Positions 8,562-18,576 of a stretch of DNA of 64,000 bases are shown here, in pieces (the stretch's first letter is position 1; every line of letters starts with the position of its first letter). The translations under genes and the position numbers were made by a program. The DNA is taken from NCBI GenBank assembly GCA_963734545.1, contig CAVTHO010000004.1, positions 416,001-480,000 on the forward strand. Reading direction: 5' to 3'. The notes beneath the pieces were generated by a model. It was not told where the DNA came from, made no database searches, and was given only the letters and a program-made list of their open reading frames with translations. Source of the stretch: an uncultured Spirochaetota bacterium (lineage in GTDB: Bacteria; Spirochaetota; Spirochaetia; SZUA-6; Fen-1364).

Positions 8562-9401
8562 TCACCGAGTGAGGTTTTCGCAGATGCTCCAGAGCCGTTC
8601 TTCGGTCTCGCGATTCCTGAAGGAGCACGGGATCTCCTTCCTGTTCTCGAAGAGCTTTCCCGAAACACCTTCAAGGTCAGGGCTGCTTGCAAGCCAGACA
8701 GCCGTGTCCGCGCCGTCCGCGGGCGTCCGATCGCCTCTCTTTCGCAATTGCTCCATCACCTGAGGGGGCGTGTCGCGATACAAGCCTGTATCCACGATGA
8801 GGCCGGGCGCCATGGCGTTTGCAGTCACACGGCTGCCTTCGAGCCTGCGCGCAATGGCCCACGTGAGCAGCCTGTCACACGCCTTTGACTGGGCGTACGC
8901 CTTCATGCTGTCCCAGGCGCGGCGCTGGAACTGCAGGTCATCCAGGTCCAGGTCACTTGCGAACGTGGAGGCCACGTTGACGATGCGGGCAGGAGCGCTC
9001 TCCTTCAGCCGGGGAAGGAGTTGGAGCATGGTAAGGTAATAGCCGATCACGTTTGTTCCAAACGTCAGCTCGATGCCGTCCGAGCTCTTCGCGATTGGCT
9101 GCGTGCCGCGGCTTACTCCGGCATTGTTGACCAGCACATCCACGCGATCGTGCGTTTCGAGAATCTTACGCGCAAACTGCTCGATGGACTTTCGACTGGC
9201 CACGTCCACAGCCACGATCTCGATCGAGCCGTCATGCCTGCCGCGCTCGATCTCCGCCGCGACTGCTTTCCCCCTGGCGGTGTCTCTGCACCCCAGCACG
9301 AGGTTTGCCCCCAAGCCTGCCAGTCCGATGGCGATCTCTTTGCCGATCCCGGAAGTAGGCCCCGTGATTACAACAGTCTTGCCCGTCATAGTGACATTCA
9401 T
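8562..9401 (-). CDS. short-chain dehydrogenase/reductase (retinol dehydrogenase-like)
   Basis: TGPTSGIG, NNAG, YAQSK catalytic motif; TTGACG-16-TACATT-6-ATG upstream. Confidence 0.93.
   Translation of the reverse strand: MNVTMTGKTVVITGPTSGIGKEIAIGLAGLGANLVLGCRDTARGKAVAAEIERGRHDGSIEIVAVDVASRKSIEQFARKILETHDRVDVLVNNAGVSRGTQPIAKSSDGIELTFGTNVIGYYLTMLQLLPRLKESAPARIVNVASTFASDLDLDDLQFQRRAWDSMKAYAQSKACDRLLTWAIARRLEGSRVTANAMAPGLIVDTGLYRDTPPQVMEQLRKRGDRTPADGADTAVWLASSPDLEGVSGKLFENRKEIPCSFRNRETEERLWSICENLTR
8577..8610. repeat. 34-bp direct repeat copy 2 (within SDR 3' end)
   Basis: Identical to 6450-6483. Confidence 0.95.
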
Positions 9402-9491
9402 GCTACCAATGTAGGAATTTCCGCCGTGTCGTCAAATGAAGGTTGCCGGAGAAGGCGGCTGACTGGTATGCTGCGCCCGGGACTGCCAATC

Positions 9492-10127
9492 ATGATCGAC
9501 ATCTGGCTGGAGGAGATCGATTCCCGCTGGTTCGGCGCCGCGCTTCACGATGGGGCCCTGGTTGCTACGGCCGCGGCATTTGCCAGGGAGGCCGTGCGCC
9601 GGGCCATCGTGGGGTCCCTGCCTGCCGAAGCGCCGCGGCGCTTCATGGAAGAGCCCTCCGAGGAATCACGGGCGACGCTCCGCATGCTGGCGGACCTGGA
9701 CCGGGGTGAAGAGAAGGGCAAGCACTTCGAATTGTCCTCTACGTATGTCCTGGAGCCGCTGCGCAGCGTGCTGCGCGCTGCCGCTGCCATCCCCCTCGGC
9801 TATGTCTCAACCTATGGGAACATTGCAAAAGCCGCCCATACCGATGCGCAAACAGTCGGCCAGATCATGGCCACCAACCCCCTCTATCCCGTGGTGCCCT
9901 GTCACCGGGTGGTCGGAGCAGACCTCGCCCTCACAGGGTACAGAGGCAGCCGCAAGACCCCGGCTCTGCTCGCCAAGCTCGAGCGCCTTCGAAGCGAGAA
10001 ACAGGGTTTCGCGGAGGAATCGATGATCGAAGCGGCGGGGCCGCTGAAGGTTGTGCCGGTGGAATGGGCGATCATCCGGGCTGTGAAGGACGGTGTGACC
10101 AGCGACAGGCAGCTGGATCTGTGGTGA
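9492..10127 (+). CDS. ogt: methylated-DNA--protein-cysteine methyltransferase (Ogt/MGMT family)
   Basis: IPLGYVSTYG and VVPCHRVV active-site motif. Confidence 0.88.
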   Translation: MIDIWLEEIDSRWFGAALHDGALVATAAAFAREAVRRAIVGSLPAEAPRRFMEEPSEESRATLRMLADLDRGEEKGKHFELSSTYVLEPLRSVLRAAAAIPLGYVSTYGNIAKAAHTDAQTVGQIMATNPLYPVVPCHRVVGADLALTGYRGSRKTPALLAKLERLRSEKQGFAEESMIEAAGPLKVVPVEWAIIRAVKDGVTSDRQLDLW

Positions 10128-10146
10128 GCTGATCGGAGGAGAAAGT

Positions 10147-11298
10147 ATGGGCGATATCGGGGTCTACCGTTCCCTGCAGGAGCACCTTGATCGACAGGCA
10201 GTCGGGTTTCCCGCGACGCAATCGGGGGAGGAGCTCCGATTCCTCCAGAAGCTGTTCACGCCGGACGAGGCGCGCCTGGCACTGAACCTCAGCTACCGGC
10301 CTGCTTCTATAGAAGAAATCATGAGGGCACCTTTGTCGGCGTCCGGGGCAGAACGCGGGAAGGTCCTCGGGCTGCTGGAAAGCATGGTGTCAAAAGGAGC
10401 GATCGGCTGGAAGGAGAAGGAAGGCACCGGCCGCTGGTTTCTCCTGCCGATGGTGGTAGGCATGTACGAAGGCCAGGACGGCCATATTGCCCCGGAGATC
10501 CAGGCGGCAGCGGACGCTTACTTCAGCACACGTGAATGGGGAACCTCTCTGCTCGCCGCGACCCCGTCCCAGATGCGCACGATCCCCGTGGGCATCGACG
10601 TGCCGGTCCATCACCACGTGGCGTCGTACGAGCAGATCCGGGCCATCGTAGAGGCTGCCCGCGGACCGTTCGTCGTCCTTCCGTGCATCTGCCGGGAAAG
10701 CGCGGCCTGGAAAGGCAAGCCCTGCGGGAAGACGACGCGCACGGAGACCTGCCTCGGGTTCGGGGAGAGCGCCGCAGTGGTGCTCAAGAGAAAGCATGGC
10801 CGCGAGGTCTCCCGTGAAGAGGTGATCGCGATATTGAGGCAAAACGAGAAGGACGGCCTCGTGCTTCAGCCCTCCAACGCGCAGAACCCGGTATTCGTCT
10901 GCTCCTGCTGTGGATGCTGCTGCGGCATGCTGGGGATGCAGAGGCGCCTCCCCCACCCGCTCGCCTTCTGGACCACCAACTTCCACGCCGTTGTGGACGC
11001 CGACGCCTGCACGGGATGCGGGACGTGCGCCACGCGCTGCCAGGTTGATGCGGTGGCCGTTCGTGACACCGCGGGCGGCGCAACGGCCGCCGCCACCGCG
11101 GTGGTCGACATGAACCGCTGCATCGGCTGCGGCGTCTGCACGACCACCTGCGCTGCGGAGGCTATCCGCCTGGAAAAGAATGACACGGAAGCAGTCCCGC
11201 CCGCGGACGAGGAAGAGCTGTACGACACGATACGTTCCGGCAGGAAGGGATGGCCCGAGACGAAGAGAGATGTGATGAGACGCATGCTGGGGAAGTGA
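10147..11298 (+). CDS. 4Fe-4S dicluster-binding protein
   Basis: CICR, CSCCGCCC and two CxxCxxCxxxC ferredoxin motifs; GGAGGAG SD. Confidence 0.88.
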   Translation: MGDIGVYRSLQEHLDRQAVGFPATQSGEELRFLQKLFTPDEARLALNLSYRPASIEEIMRAPLSASGAERGKVLGLLESMVSKGAIGWKEKEGTGRWFLLPMVVGMYEGQDGHIAPEIQAAADAYFSTREWGTSLLAATPSQMRTIPVGIDVPVHHHVASYEQIRAIVEAARGPFVVLPCICRESAAWKGKPCGKTTRTETCLGFGESAAVVLKRKHGREVSREEVIAILRQNEKDGLVLQPSNAQNPVFVCSCCGCCCGMLGMQRRLPHPLAFWTTNFHAVVDADACTGCGTCATRCQVDAVAVRDTAGGATAAATAVVDMNRCIGCGVCTTTCAAEAIRLEKNDTEAVPPADEEELYDTIRSGRKGWPETKRDVMRRMLGK

Positions 11299-11337
11299 CG
11301 ATCGGCGCGCTATTCGGAGCCGTTCATCTCCACGTGC

Positions 11338-11823
11338 CTACCGGGCGCTCCCCTGTTTCGCCTGCTGCATCACGAACTTCTGGACGCTCGCGAAATGCTC
11401 GTCGTAGTGCCCGTAGGTATCTCCGAGAAAAGACTCCATGAGGCCCTTGTCCGCGAGCTGCTCATCGGTGATGGTCCTGGCGAGCCGGACGATGCGTGCG
11501 TAGCTCGCCTTGAATATTTCCAGGATGTGTCGGCCGCTCATGTGTGCCATGTCCGCCACTGCCTTTGCGTTGAGGCGCGCGATGTAGGTTTCCTTGCTCT
11601 CGTCGGGACGCGGGTCCCATTCCACGGGCGTGCCGGCGGCCCGGCGCTCGACCCTTTCGTGCCAGAAGAGCATGTGCGCAAGGAGATCGCGCACCGACCA
11701 CACCTTCGTCACTCCGACGATCGCCAGTTGATCGTCCTTCAGTTTCTCGATCTCCGCGATGAAGCGGGAATAGCCGCGGTCCAGCTCACGCAGGAGCTGG
11801 TCGCGATTCAGCATGGGATCCAT
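11338..11823 (-). CDS. DinB/ClbS-DfsB-like four-helix bundle protein
   Basis: WSVRDLLAH...HYDEH pattern; AGGAGGAG SD. Confidence 0.8.
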   Translation of the reverse strand: MDPMLNRDQLLRELDRGYSRFIAEIEKLKDDQLAIVGVTKVWSVRDLLAHMLFWHERVERRAAGTPVEWDPRPDESKETYIARLNAKAVADMAHMSGRHILEIFKASYARIVRLARTITDEQLADKGLMESFLGDTYGHYDEHFASVQKFVMQQAKQGSAR

Positions 11824-11882
11824 TTCTCCTCCTCCTCGTCATTCTATCCCGAAGCCGTGGACGTGATCACCGGGGGGACGCG

Positions 11883-11917
11883 TTGCCACGCCGCGCGGCC
11901 GCTGTTAGGATTCCGGC
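11883..11917 (+). promoter_or_regulatory. sigma70-type promoter, leaderless
   Basis: TTGCCA-17 bp-(TGn)TAGGAT-6 nt-ATG. Confidence 0.7.
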
Positions 11918-12457
11918 ATGAGCGACACGATCGACGCGATGACCCTGCGGCTGGTCCTGAAGAGCCAGTACCATGCGGGTCTTGCGATGCTGAAAGAAGC
12001 CATTGAGCGGTGCCCGGACGATGTCTGGCTGAATACCCGGCATCACAACGCGTTCTGGCAGATCGCCTACCACTGCCTGTTCTTCACGCACCTCTACCTG
12101 CAGAGCGACGAGGCGGCGTTTCGACCCTGGGCCGAACACCAGTCCGCGGTGCAGCACCCGGACGGAATTGCCGACGCGCCGAAGCCCGGCAGCACGCTGC
12201 CGCTGATCCCAAAGCCGTACACCAGGGCGCAGGCACTGGCGTACTGGGACCACTGCGATCGGATGGTTGACGCCGCGGTGGACGCGTTGGACCTTCATAA
12301 CCCTCAGTGCGGGTTCCCCTGGTACAAGATGTCGAAGCTGGAGCACCAGATGGTCAACCTCCGTCACCTCCAGCACCACGCCGCGCAGCTTGCAGACCGG
12401 CTGCGTACGGCCCAGGACATCGGCATCCGCTGGAGGGGAGCCGGTCCTCGGGGCTGA
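11918..12457 (+). CDS. DinB family protein
   Basis: FWQIAYHCLFF...NLRHLQHH. Confidence 0.85.
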   Translation: MSDTIDAMTLRLVLKSQYHAGLAMLKEAIERCPDDVWLNTRHHNAFWQIAYHCLFFTHLYLQSDEAAFRPWAEHQSAVQHPDGIADAPKPGSTLPLIPKPYTRAQALAYWDHCDRMVDAAVDALDLHNPQCGFPWYKMSKLEHQMVNLRHLQHHAAQLADRLRTAQDIGIRWRGAGPRG

Positions 12458-12469
12458 GCGCGGCTTGCG

Positions 12470-13396
12470 CTACCGGTGGCTCGCATAATGCAGCTCTCGG
12501 ACCGCTTCCCGCAAGGCGCGCTGCTCAGCCTCGCACAGCGGTGGCTTATCGGCCGCGGCGACGTTCGCCTCGACCTGCGCCACGCTGCTGGCCCCGGCCG
12601 CCACCGCGGTCACGGCGGGATTGCTCAGAACGAATCGAATGGCCGTCTGCGACATCTCCTTGTCCGACCCGGAGATCGCTCGGAGGGCTTCCTGGGCAGC
12701 CCGCACCTCCGAGGCCGTCAGGCCGAGGTACTCCGACGGGGGTTTCCCCGCCGGAGGCTTTCCTGCCAGGAGACCGCCCGCAACGGCCCCGCGCACAAGA
12801 ACGCCGATCCCGGCCTGCCTGGCCGTTTCCAGGATCTCCTCCTCGGGCCTGCGGTCCAGCACGCTGTACTGGACCATCTCCGACGACAGCCCGGCAGCCC
12901 CGGTCTCGGCCAGGGCCGCGTAGCGGCGCACCACGTTCGGCCGGATCGAAGAGATTCCCCACGCGCGGATGGTGCCCGTTTGTAAAAGGCGCTCGAACGC
13001 ACGCACCGTCTCCTCTGCCGGGTCTTCGATGGTCCCTCCATGAAGCTGGTAGAGGTCGATGTAGTCTGTCTTGAGCCTGCGCAGGCTCTCTCGAACAGCC
13101 TGCAGGATGTACTTCTCCGTTGGGTCCCAGTCCAGCCCCGAGCCGTCGGGCCGACGACGGTTTCCCACCTTGGTGGCGATCACCACCCTGTCACGCACGC
13201 CATGGAGCGCATCGCCAACAATCTCCTCGTTGACGCCCTGGTCATACAGGTCCGCCGTGTCGAACAGCGTTACCCCGAGGTCGAAGGCCCTGCGGACAAT
13301 GCTTTCCGCCCTGGGCCTGTCGAGTCCCAGGGACATGCACCCCAGGCCCACAACGGATACCTCGATGCCGGATCTTCCCAAGCTGCAATGGTTCAT
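12470..13396 (-). CDS. aldo/keto reductase
   Basis: GLGCM, FDTADLY, ATK, SLRRLKTDYIDLYQLH. Confidence 0.95.
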   Translation of the reverse strand: MNHCSLGRSGIEVSVVGLGCMSLGLDRPRAESIVRRAFDLGVTLFDTADLYDQGVNEEIVGDALHGVRDRVVIATKVGNRRRPDGSGLDWDPTEKYILQAVRESLRRLKTDYIDLYQLHGGTIEDPAEETVRAFERLLQTGTIRAWGISSIRPNVVRRYAALAETGAAGLSSEMVQYSVLDRRPEEEILETARQAGIGVLVRGAVAGGLLAGKPPAGKPPSEYLGLTASEVRAAQEALRAISGSDKEMSQTAIRFVLSNPAVTAVAAGASSVAQVEANVAAADKPPLCEAEQRALREAVRELHYASHR

Positions 13397-13441
13397 GGAG
13401 TCCCCCGTTCAGTATATTACTGGGGAAGGAGGATGAAGAGA

Positions 13442-13855
13442 ATGAAAATGAATCCAGTCGTCCATTTCGAAATGCCCGCACGAGACAACGGCCGCATGTC
13501 GAACTTCTATGCGGCGGTATTCGGATGGAAGACCCAGCAACTGGGCCCCGAGATGGGAAACTACGTCGTCGTTCAGACCACCGAAACGGGAGAGAACAAC
13601 TTCCCGAAGGAACCCGGCAGGATCAACGGCGGCTTCTTCGGAAGGACAAAAGAAGACCAGCAACCCAGCGTCGTCATCGCTGTTGATGACATCCACGACG
13701 CCATGAAAAAAGTAGCGGCGCAGGGCGGCAAGGTGCTTGGCGGTCAGAAACCCGGCGAACCTGACGACATCCCCGGAATCGGTCTCTATGCGGCGTTCAT
13801 CGACACGGAAGGCAACCGTGTCGGCATGCTGCAGCCTTCCCCAATGACAGGATAG
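13442..13855 (+). CDS. VOC/glyoxalase family protein
   Basis: PVVHFEMP, FYAAVFGW, INGG, FIDTEGN; GGAGG SD. Confidence 0.9.
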   Translation: MKMNPVVHFEMPARDNGRMSNFYAAVFGWKTQQLGPEMGNYVVVQTTETGENNFPKEPGRINGGFFGRTKEDQQPSVVIAVDDIHDAMKKVAAQGGKVLGGQKPGEPDDIPGIGLYAAFIDTEGNRVGMLQPSPMTG

Positions 13856-13937
13856 CGCCGAGGCACGCTCCTTTGCCCTGCCCCGGGCCCTGCCGTCCCC
13901 TGCCCCTGGCTCCGCGCGGGGATGATCGTGCGGGGCG

Positions 13938-14567
13938 TCAATCTGCCAGGGCGAGGAACTGTGAGAGGATACGTTCAGTGATGCCCCAGATCGGGCCCTT
14001 GGGAGACGGGAAGGCAGGCAATTCGCGCGTGCCGTCCCCGGCTTCCCAACGCACCACGGCGGTGCGTCCGGTCCTCCTGAGATCCGCGAGGGGCATCCAG
14101 AATGCTTCCTCGACCTCTGTCGGCTGAAGCCGGGGGATTGCACCCCGCGGCGCAAGGGCAACAAACGGAGTCACGGTGACGGAAGGAATGCGCGCACTCA
14201 GGGGACGGAGAGTCGGCAGCCTGCCGAGCACTCTGCCGCCATGCCGGGCGTCGATCCCGACCTCTTCCGCTGTTTCGCGCATGGCGATGTCCAGCAGGGT
14301 GGCGTCCACCTTTTCTGCCCGGCCCCCGGGGAATGCCAGGTGCCCCGACCACGGATCCCCTGCCCGCTCGGCACGCTTGATCAGGAGGATCTCGGCAGAA
14401 TCGCCTGTTGCGCCGCCGTCGGCAGCCCCGACTGCCGGGCGCAGAAGGAGCGTAACCGCCGCGTGGGTCAGGCCCTCCTCCGCGGCCGGCATCTCCGCCG
14501 GATGGACAGGATCGAGCCGTGCCTCGACCCGCCGAAGGAATGCTTCGAATTGGAATTCCAGGACCAC
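13938..14567 (-). CDS. NUDIX hydrolase, CoA pyrophosphatase family
   Basis: AAV...R...SGHLAFPGG...AMRETAEEVG, IWGIT. Confidence 0.92.
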   Translation of the reverse strand: MVLEFQFEAFLRRVEARLDPVHPAEMPAAEEGLTHAAVTLLLRPAVGAADGGATGDSAEILLIKRAERAGDPWSGHLAFPGGRAEKVDATLLDIAMRETAEEVGIDARHGGRVLGRLPTLRPLSARIPSVTVTPFVALAPRGAIPRLQPTEVEEAFWMPLADLRRTGRTAVVRWEAGDGTRELPAFPSPKGPIWGITERILSQFLALAD

Positions 14568-14673
14568 CGACTCACTCTATCATCTTCCATGCAGGCATTA
14601 AACCGGGGGAGCTGCGCACATCTGCGGGGCTGGCAGCAGGCGAGCTCAATGCTCCGACTCATGCAATTTCGGA

Positions 14674-14708
14674 TTGACATTCCGATATTTCATAAGCCAT
14701 AATAGCAC
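14674..14708 (+). promoter_or_regulatory. sigma70-type promoter, leaderless
   Basis: TTGACA-18 bp-CATAAT-5 nt-ATG, no SD. Confidence 0.75.
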
Positions 14709-15902
14709 ATGACCTATCGCCATCGGGCCCTGGAGGCCCGGCTGAAAAGATACCTCGCCCTTTTTCCAGCGGTGGCGGTTACCGGTCCGCGGCAGTCAGG
14801 CAAGTCGACACTTCTCCAGACGGCTTTCCCGGAGTTGCCCTATGTCAGCTTTGACGATCCTGAGGAGGTGCGCGCGGCGGGGATGGATCCGCGCGGCTAC
14901 CTGTCCCGGTTTCCTGGGAGAGTCATCCTCGATGAAGCTCAGAGGGCGCCTGGGCTCTTCTCCTATCTGAAGATCGAGATTGACTCCGACAGACAACGCA
15001 AAGGTCGATTCATCCTTTCCGGATCCAACCAGTTCAGCCTTTCCCGGCGCCTCTCCGAGAGCCTCGCCGGAAGGATTGGCCTGCTTGAGCTGCATCCGTT
15101 CGAGCGGAATGAGATGCCGAAGGAGAGTCGAAAGAACCAGATGCTCTTCGGCTCCTACCCTGAGTTGGTCATGCGGGATCACGAAGGATCCCGAGAATGG
15201 TATTCCTCATACCTCGCCACGTACCTGGAGCGGGACGTCCGTCTTGCCAACGACGTCGGCAAGCTCTCCGATTTCCAAACGCTCGTCCGCCTCCTCGCTG
15301 TGCGCGCAAGCCAGGAGTATAATGCCAGCTCTCTGGCCCGCGAGGTAGGCGTGGACTCCAAGACGGTAGAGTCCTGGGTCTCCATCCTCGAGGCGAGCTA
15401 CCTCATCTTCCGCCTTCGACCCTGGAAGGCGAACATCGGAAAACGGCTCGTGAAGCGCCCGAAGATCTTTTTCTGGGACACCGGGCTGGTATGCCATCTC
15501 TCAGGCATTCGGGACGTCGAGGCGCTGGAGTCAGGTCCGCTTGGCGGCCCGGTTTTCGAGAACCTTGTAGTGGCGGAAATCCTGAAGGCAGCGGCGCACC
15601 GTGGGCTGGACGTAGAGGCCAGCTACTTCCGGGAGTCCAACGGTCTTGAAGCCGATTTGTTGGTGCGCGATCATGGCACCGGTCGGCACTGGGTGGTCGA
15701 TGCCAAATCGGGCCACACGCCCAAGGCGCCGTGGATCGAGAGTCTCGCCAGGATTGCTGCCCTCGTAGCAAAGCCGAAGACGGCCGCAATACCCCGACCA
15801 GTGGTCATCTACCGCGGCAGGACCCGGCATGATTGGCCATCTATGGGCAGTGACTTCCTTGGATTTGAAGATGCAATAGCAGAATGGCAAACGGCGAGAT
15901 AA
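14709..15902 (+). CDS. AAA_14 family ATPase with DUF4143 C-terminus (paralog of 7237-8436)
   Basis: GPRQSGKS, ILDEAQ, ESLAGR, KRPKIFFWDTG, EAD. Confidence 0.92.
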   Translation: MTYRHRALEARLKRYLALFPAVAVTGPRQSGKSTLLQTAFPELPYVSFDDPEEVRAAGMDPRGYLSRFPGRVILDEAQRAPGLFSYLKIEIDSDRQRKGRFILSGSNQFSLSRRLSESLAGRIGLLELHPFERNEMPKESRKNQMLFGSYPELVMRDHEGSREWYSSYLATYLERDVRLANDVGKLSDFQTLVRLLAVRASQEYNASSLAREVGVDSKTVESWVSILEASYLIFRLRPWKANIGKRLVKRPKIFFWDTGLVCHLSGIRDVEALESGPLGGPVFENLVVAEILKAAAHRGLDVEASYFRESNGLEADLLVRDHGTGRHWVVDAKSGHTPKAPWIESLARIAALVAKPKTAAIPRPVVIYRGRTRHDWPSMGSDFLGFEDAIAEWQTAR

Positions 15903-15906
15903 CGCC

Positions 15907-16932
15907 CTACCAGTAGTTCTGCACCGCCTCGGCCGAGCCGAACAGCCGATCAGACTGGCTGATCTGGATCCACCGACCGCCGTCCAGGAGCACCCGTCCT
16001 GTGAAGAACCCGTACGCTTTCAGCAGGCTCGTCCGGAGGACCACGTAGTTGGTGCCGCCGCGCTCGATGCACACCGGTGTGAGCGTGAGGTCGACCCGGT
16101 TGTCTCCATCAGTGAAGGTCCAGGCCTTCATCGGGTCCGCGCGGTCAAAGGTGAAGCGGGCCTTGTCCAGGTGGTGACCCACGTTGTCGTGAAAGATCAT
16201 GGACTTGCTCGACTCGGTGCCAAACCCATAGTCGATGTTCAGGCCGAAGGGGACGCCGCCCACCACCCCGGAGGCTGTGCACCACTGCCACTCGACGTGG
16301 TACGGGAACACGGCCCGGCTCCAGTCCAGGCAGCCGTGGCTGTGGTTGTCCAGTGAGAAGCGGTACTCATCGCCGCCGATCTTGACCCGGCCGTTGGGCA
16401 CCATGCAGTTGATCTTCTGGACATAGACGAACCGTGTGGCGCGGCGAAAGGGGATGGCGTTGACCATGGTGTCGCCGGGCGGCTGGGCCAGCTCCATCTC
16501 CCCGGACAGGCCCGCGCCGCCTCGGAAGCCCGGGAAGGAAAACCCGAAGGCGCGGACCCCGTCCTTGCGCCGGCGGCACACCCACCGAACGCCTCCGCGG
16601 TCGAACACGACGTCGCCGGTCTCCGAGCTTGCGGGCAGCCCCATGCCGCCGCGGGTGAACCAGAGGGTCAGGCCATGCTCCTCGAAGGTTCCGGCGCGGA
16701 AGTCCATCCACTTCACGATCGCCCTGCCCTGGTAGCCGATATCGTAGATCAGCAGGACGATCCCGTAGTCGGGATTGATGACCTCGTAATAGTCCCACTC
16801 CTTGATCCGAAGGGCCGACGCGGCCACGCGGCCGCGCTCGTAGCGCAGGAGGGGCTGCCGGGCCCAGCCGCTGGCGGCCAGCCTGCCGCGCCCATCAAGG
16901 AGATCTCCGGCGGATGTGATTTCTTTCTGCAC
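15907..16932 (-). CDS. DUF2804 domain protein
   Basis: LLDGRGRL..GWAR.P...RIKEWDYY pattern; AGGAGG SD with GTG start. Confidence 0.8.
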   Translation of the reverse strand: MQKEITSAGDLLDGRGRLAASGWARQPLLRYERGRVAASALRIKEWDYYEVINPDYGIVLLIYDIGYQGRAIVKWMDFRAGTFEEHGLTLWFTRGGMGLPASSETGDVVFDRGGVRWVCRRRKDGVRAFGFSFPGFRGGAGLSGEMELAQPPGDTMVNAIPFRRATRFVYVQKINCMVPNGRVKIGGDEYRFSLDNHSHGCLDWSRAVFPYHVEWQWCTASGVVGGVPFGLNIDYGFGTESSKSMIFHDNVGHHLDKARFTFDRADPMKAWTFTDGDNRVDLTLTPVCIERGGTNYVVLRTSLLKAYGFFTGRVLLDGGRWIQISQSDRLFGSAEAVQNYW

Positions 16933-17008
16933 ACTTTCCTCCTGGCGCCCGGATTTTCATTTGCGGTCTGCGCGATCCGAATGGTAGCATAGCCGCCAAA
17001 AGGAGACA

Positions 17009-18447
17009 GTGTCGATGAAGCAGCGTTACGAGAACTCACGGCTGATCCATGCCAGCTTCGGTTCCCGCGAGATGTTCTCCCAGTGGTTCACCTCCGCCTT
17101 CGGCCTGTACACCTTCTTCTATTATGAGAGCGTCATCGGTCTTCCCTCGCAGCTCGCGCTGGTGGCGTTCCTGATCTTCTCGGTGTGGAACGCAATCAAC
17201 GATCCGCTGGCGGGCTACCTGATGGAGAAGATCAAGATGCCGTGGCAGCGAAAGCGGCAGATGCACCGCTTCCCCTGGATCCTGATCGGCGGCATCCCGC
17301 TTATCGTCTGCTACCTCGTGATCTTCCTGGTGCCGCTCCGCTGGCACCGCCCGAACGATACGTGGAAGATCCTGGCCTGGTACGTCGGATCACTCCTCCT
17401 GTTCGACACCTTCTTCACCATCTACGACATCAACGCGACGTCCCTCTTCCCGGTCAAGTTCCGCACGCCCCAGGAGCGGCGGTCCGTGCAGGGCTGGGGC
17501 ACGCTGCTGGGGATTCTCGGGCTCGTCCTTGCTTTCGTGATCACCGGGATGATCGTGAACCAGAACCACCCGGAGAGCTATCGGCAGGGCGCCCTCGTGT
17601 CGTTCGGCGGCGGCTTTCTGCTCTTTGCGCTCATCCTCCCGGGCGTCGTACGAGAACAAGCGCCTGCGCGCCGAGTACGCGCGCAACCAGGCTCTCACCG
17701 GCGAGGCCAGCCAGCCGTTCTTCACAGTGGCCCGCAAGGTGCTCTCGTACCGTACCGTGCGGGTGAAGTACCTCTTCTTCTTCGGCTACCAGGCGGCGGT
17801 GGCCCTGATCAACGCATCGGCCCTCTACGTGATCACCTTCATCCTGGATGACCCGGGGAACAAGAGCCTCCCCCTGATCATGGGTTCGATGCTGATCGGG
17901 GCCCTGGTCTCCACGCCGCTGTGGGTCAGGGTCTCGCAGAAGGTGAACGACAACAAGAAGATGAGCATCTTTGCGGGCCTCCTGATGGTCGCGTCGTTCG
18001 TGCCCATGGTGTTCGCCGTCACCCGGTGGCAGTGGATGGCGTCCCTCGCGCTCTTCGGCGTGAGCCTGGGCGGGCAGTGGTTCATGGACCCGCCCACCAT
18101 GGGAGACGTCCTGGACGACGCGGCGGTGAGGACCGGCAAGCGCGAGCAGTCCATCTACTACGGGTTCCAGACCTTCATCACGCGCTTCGGCGAGGCGCTT
18201 CAAGGCGTCCGTGATCGCGATGGCGCACATCGCCACCGGATTCGTCGTGGGCTCCCCCACCCTGGCCGGTCAGCAGGCCGCGAACCCCGGGGGCTGGCGG
18301 CTCATGATCTTCGGGATCCGGGTGCACACGGCCATCGTGCCCGCGCTCCTGGTGCTGGTGATGACGATCATCTTCTGGCGGCGGTACGACCTTACTCCGC
18401 AGAAGGCGGCGGAGAACCGGAAGAAGCTCGAAGAGATGGGGATCTAG
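17009..18447 (+). CDS. MFS transporter, glycoside-pentoside-hexuronide (MelB-like) family; split by frameshifts near 17645 and 18200
   Basis: WNAINDPLAG, ERR, DVLDD...TGKRE motifs run across three overlapping ORFs. Confidence 0.85.
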
Positions 18448-18576
18448 CCCATTACTCCGGATTTTCTATAAACACCCCGTCCGCCCCCGGTCGAAGCCGG
18501 TTTTCCTTGGAAAGCTGGCCCTCGATGTCGATTATAGCCTCTTGCGCACGTCGAAGATGCTGAGGAGGAGAAGAAC

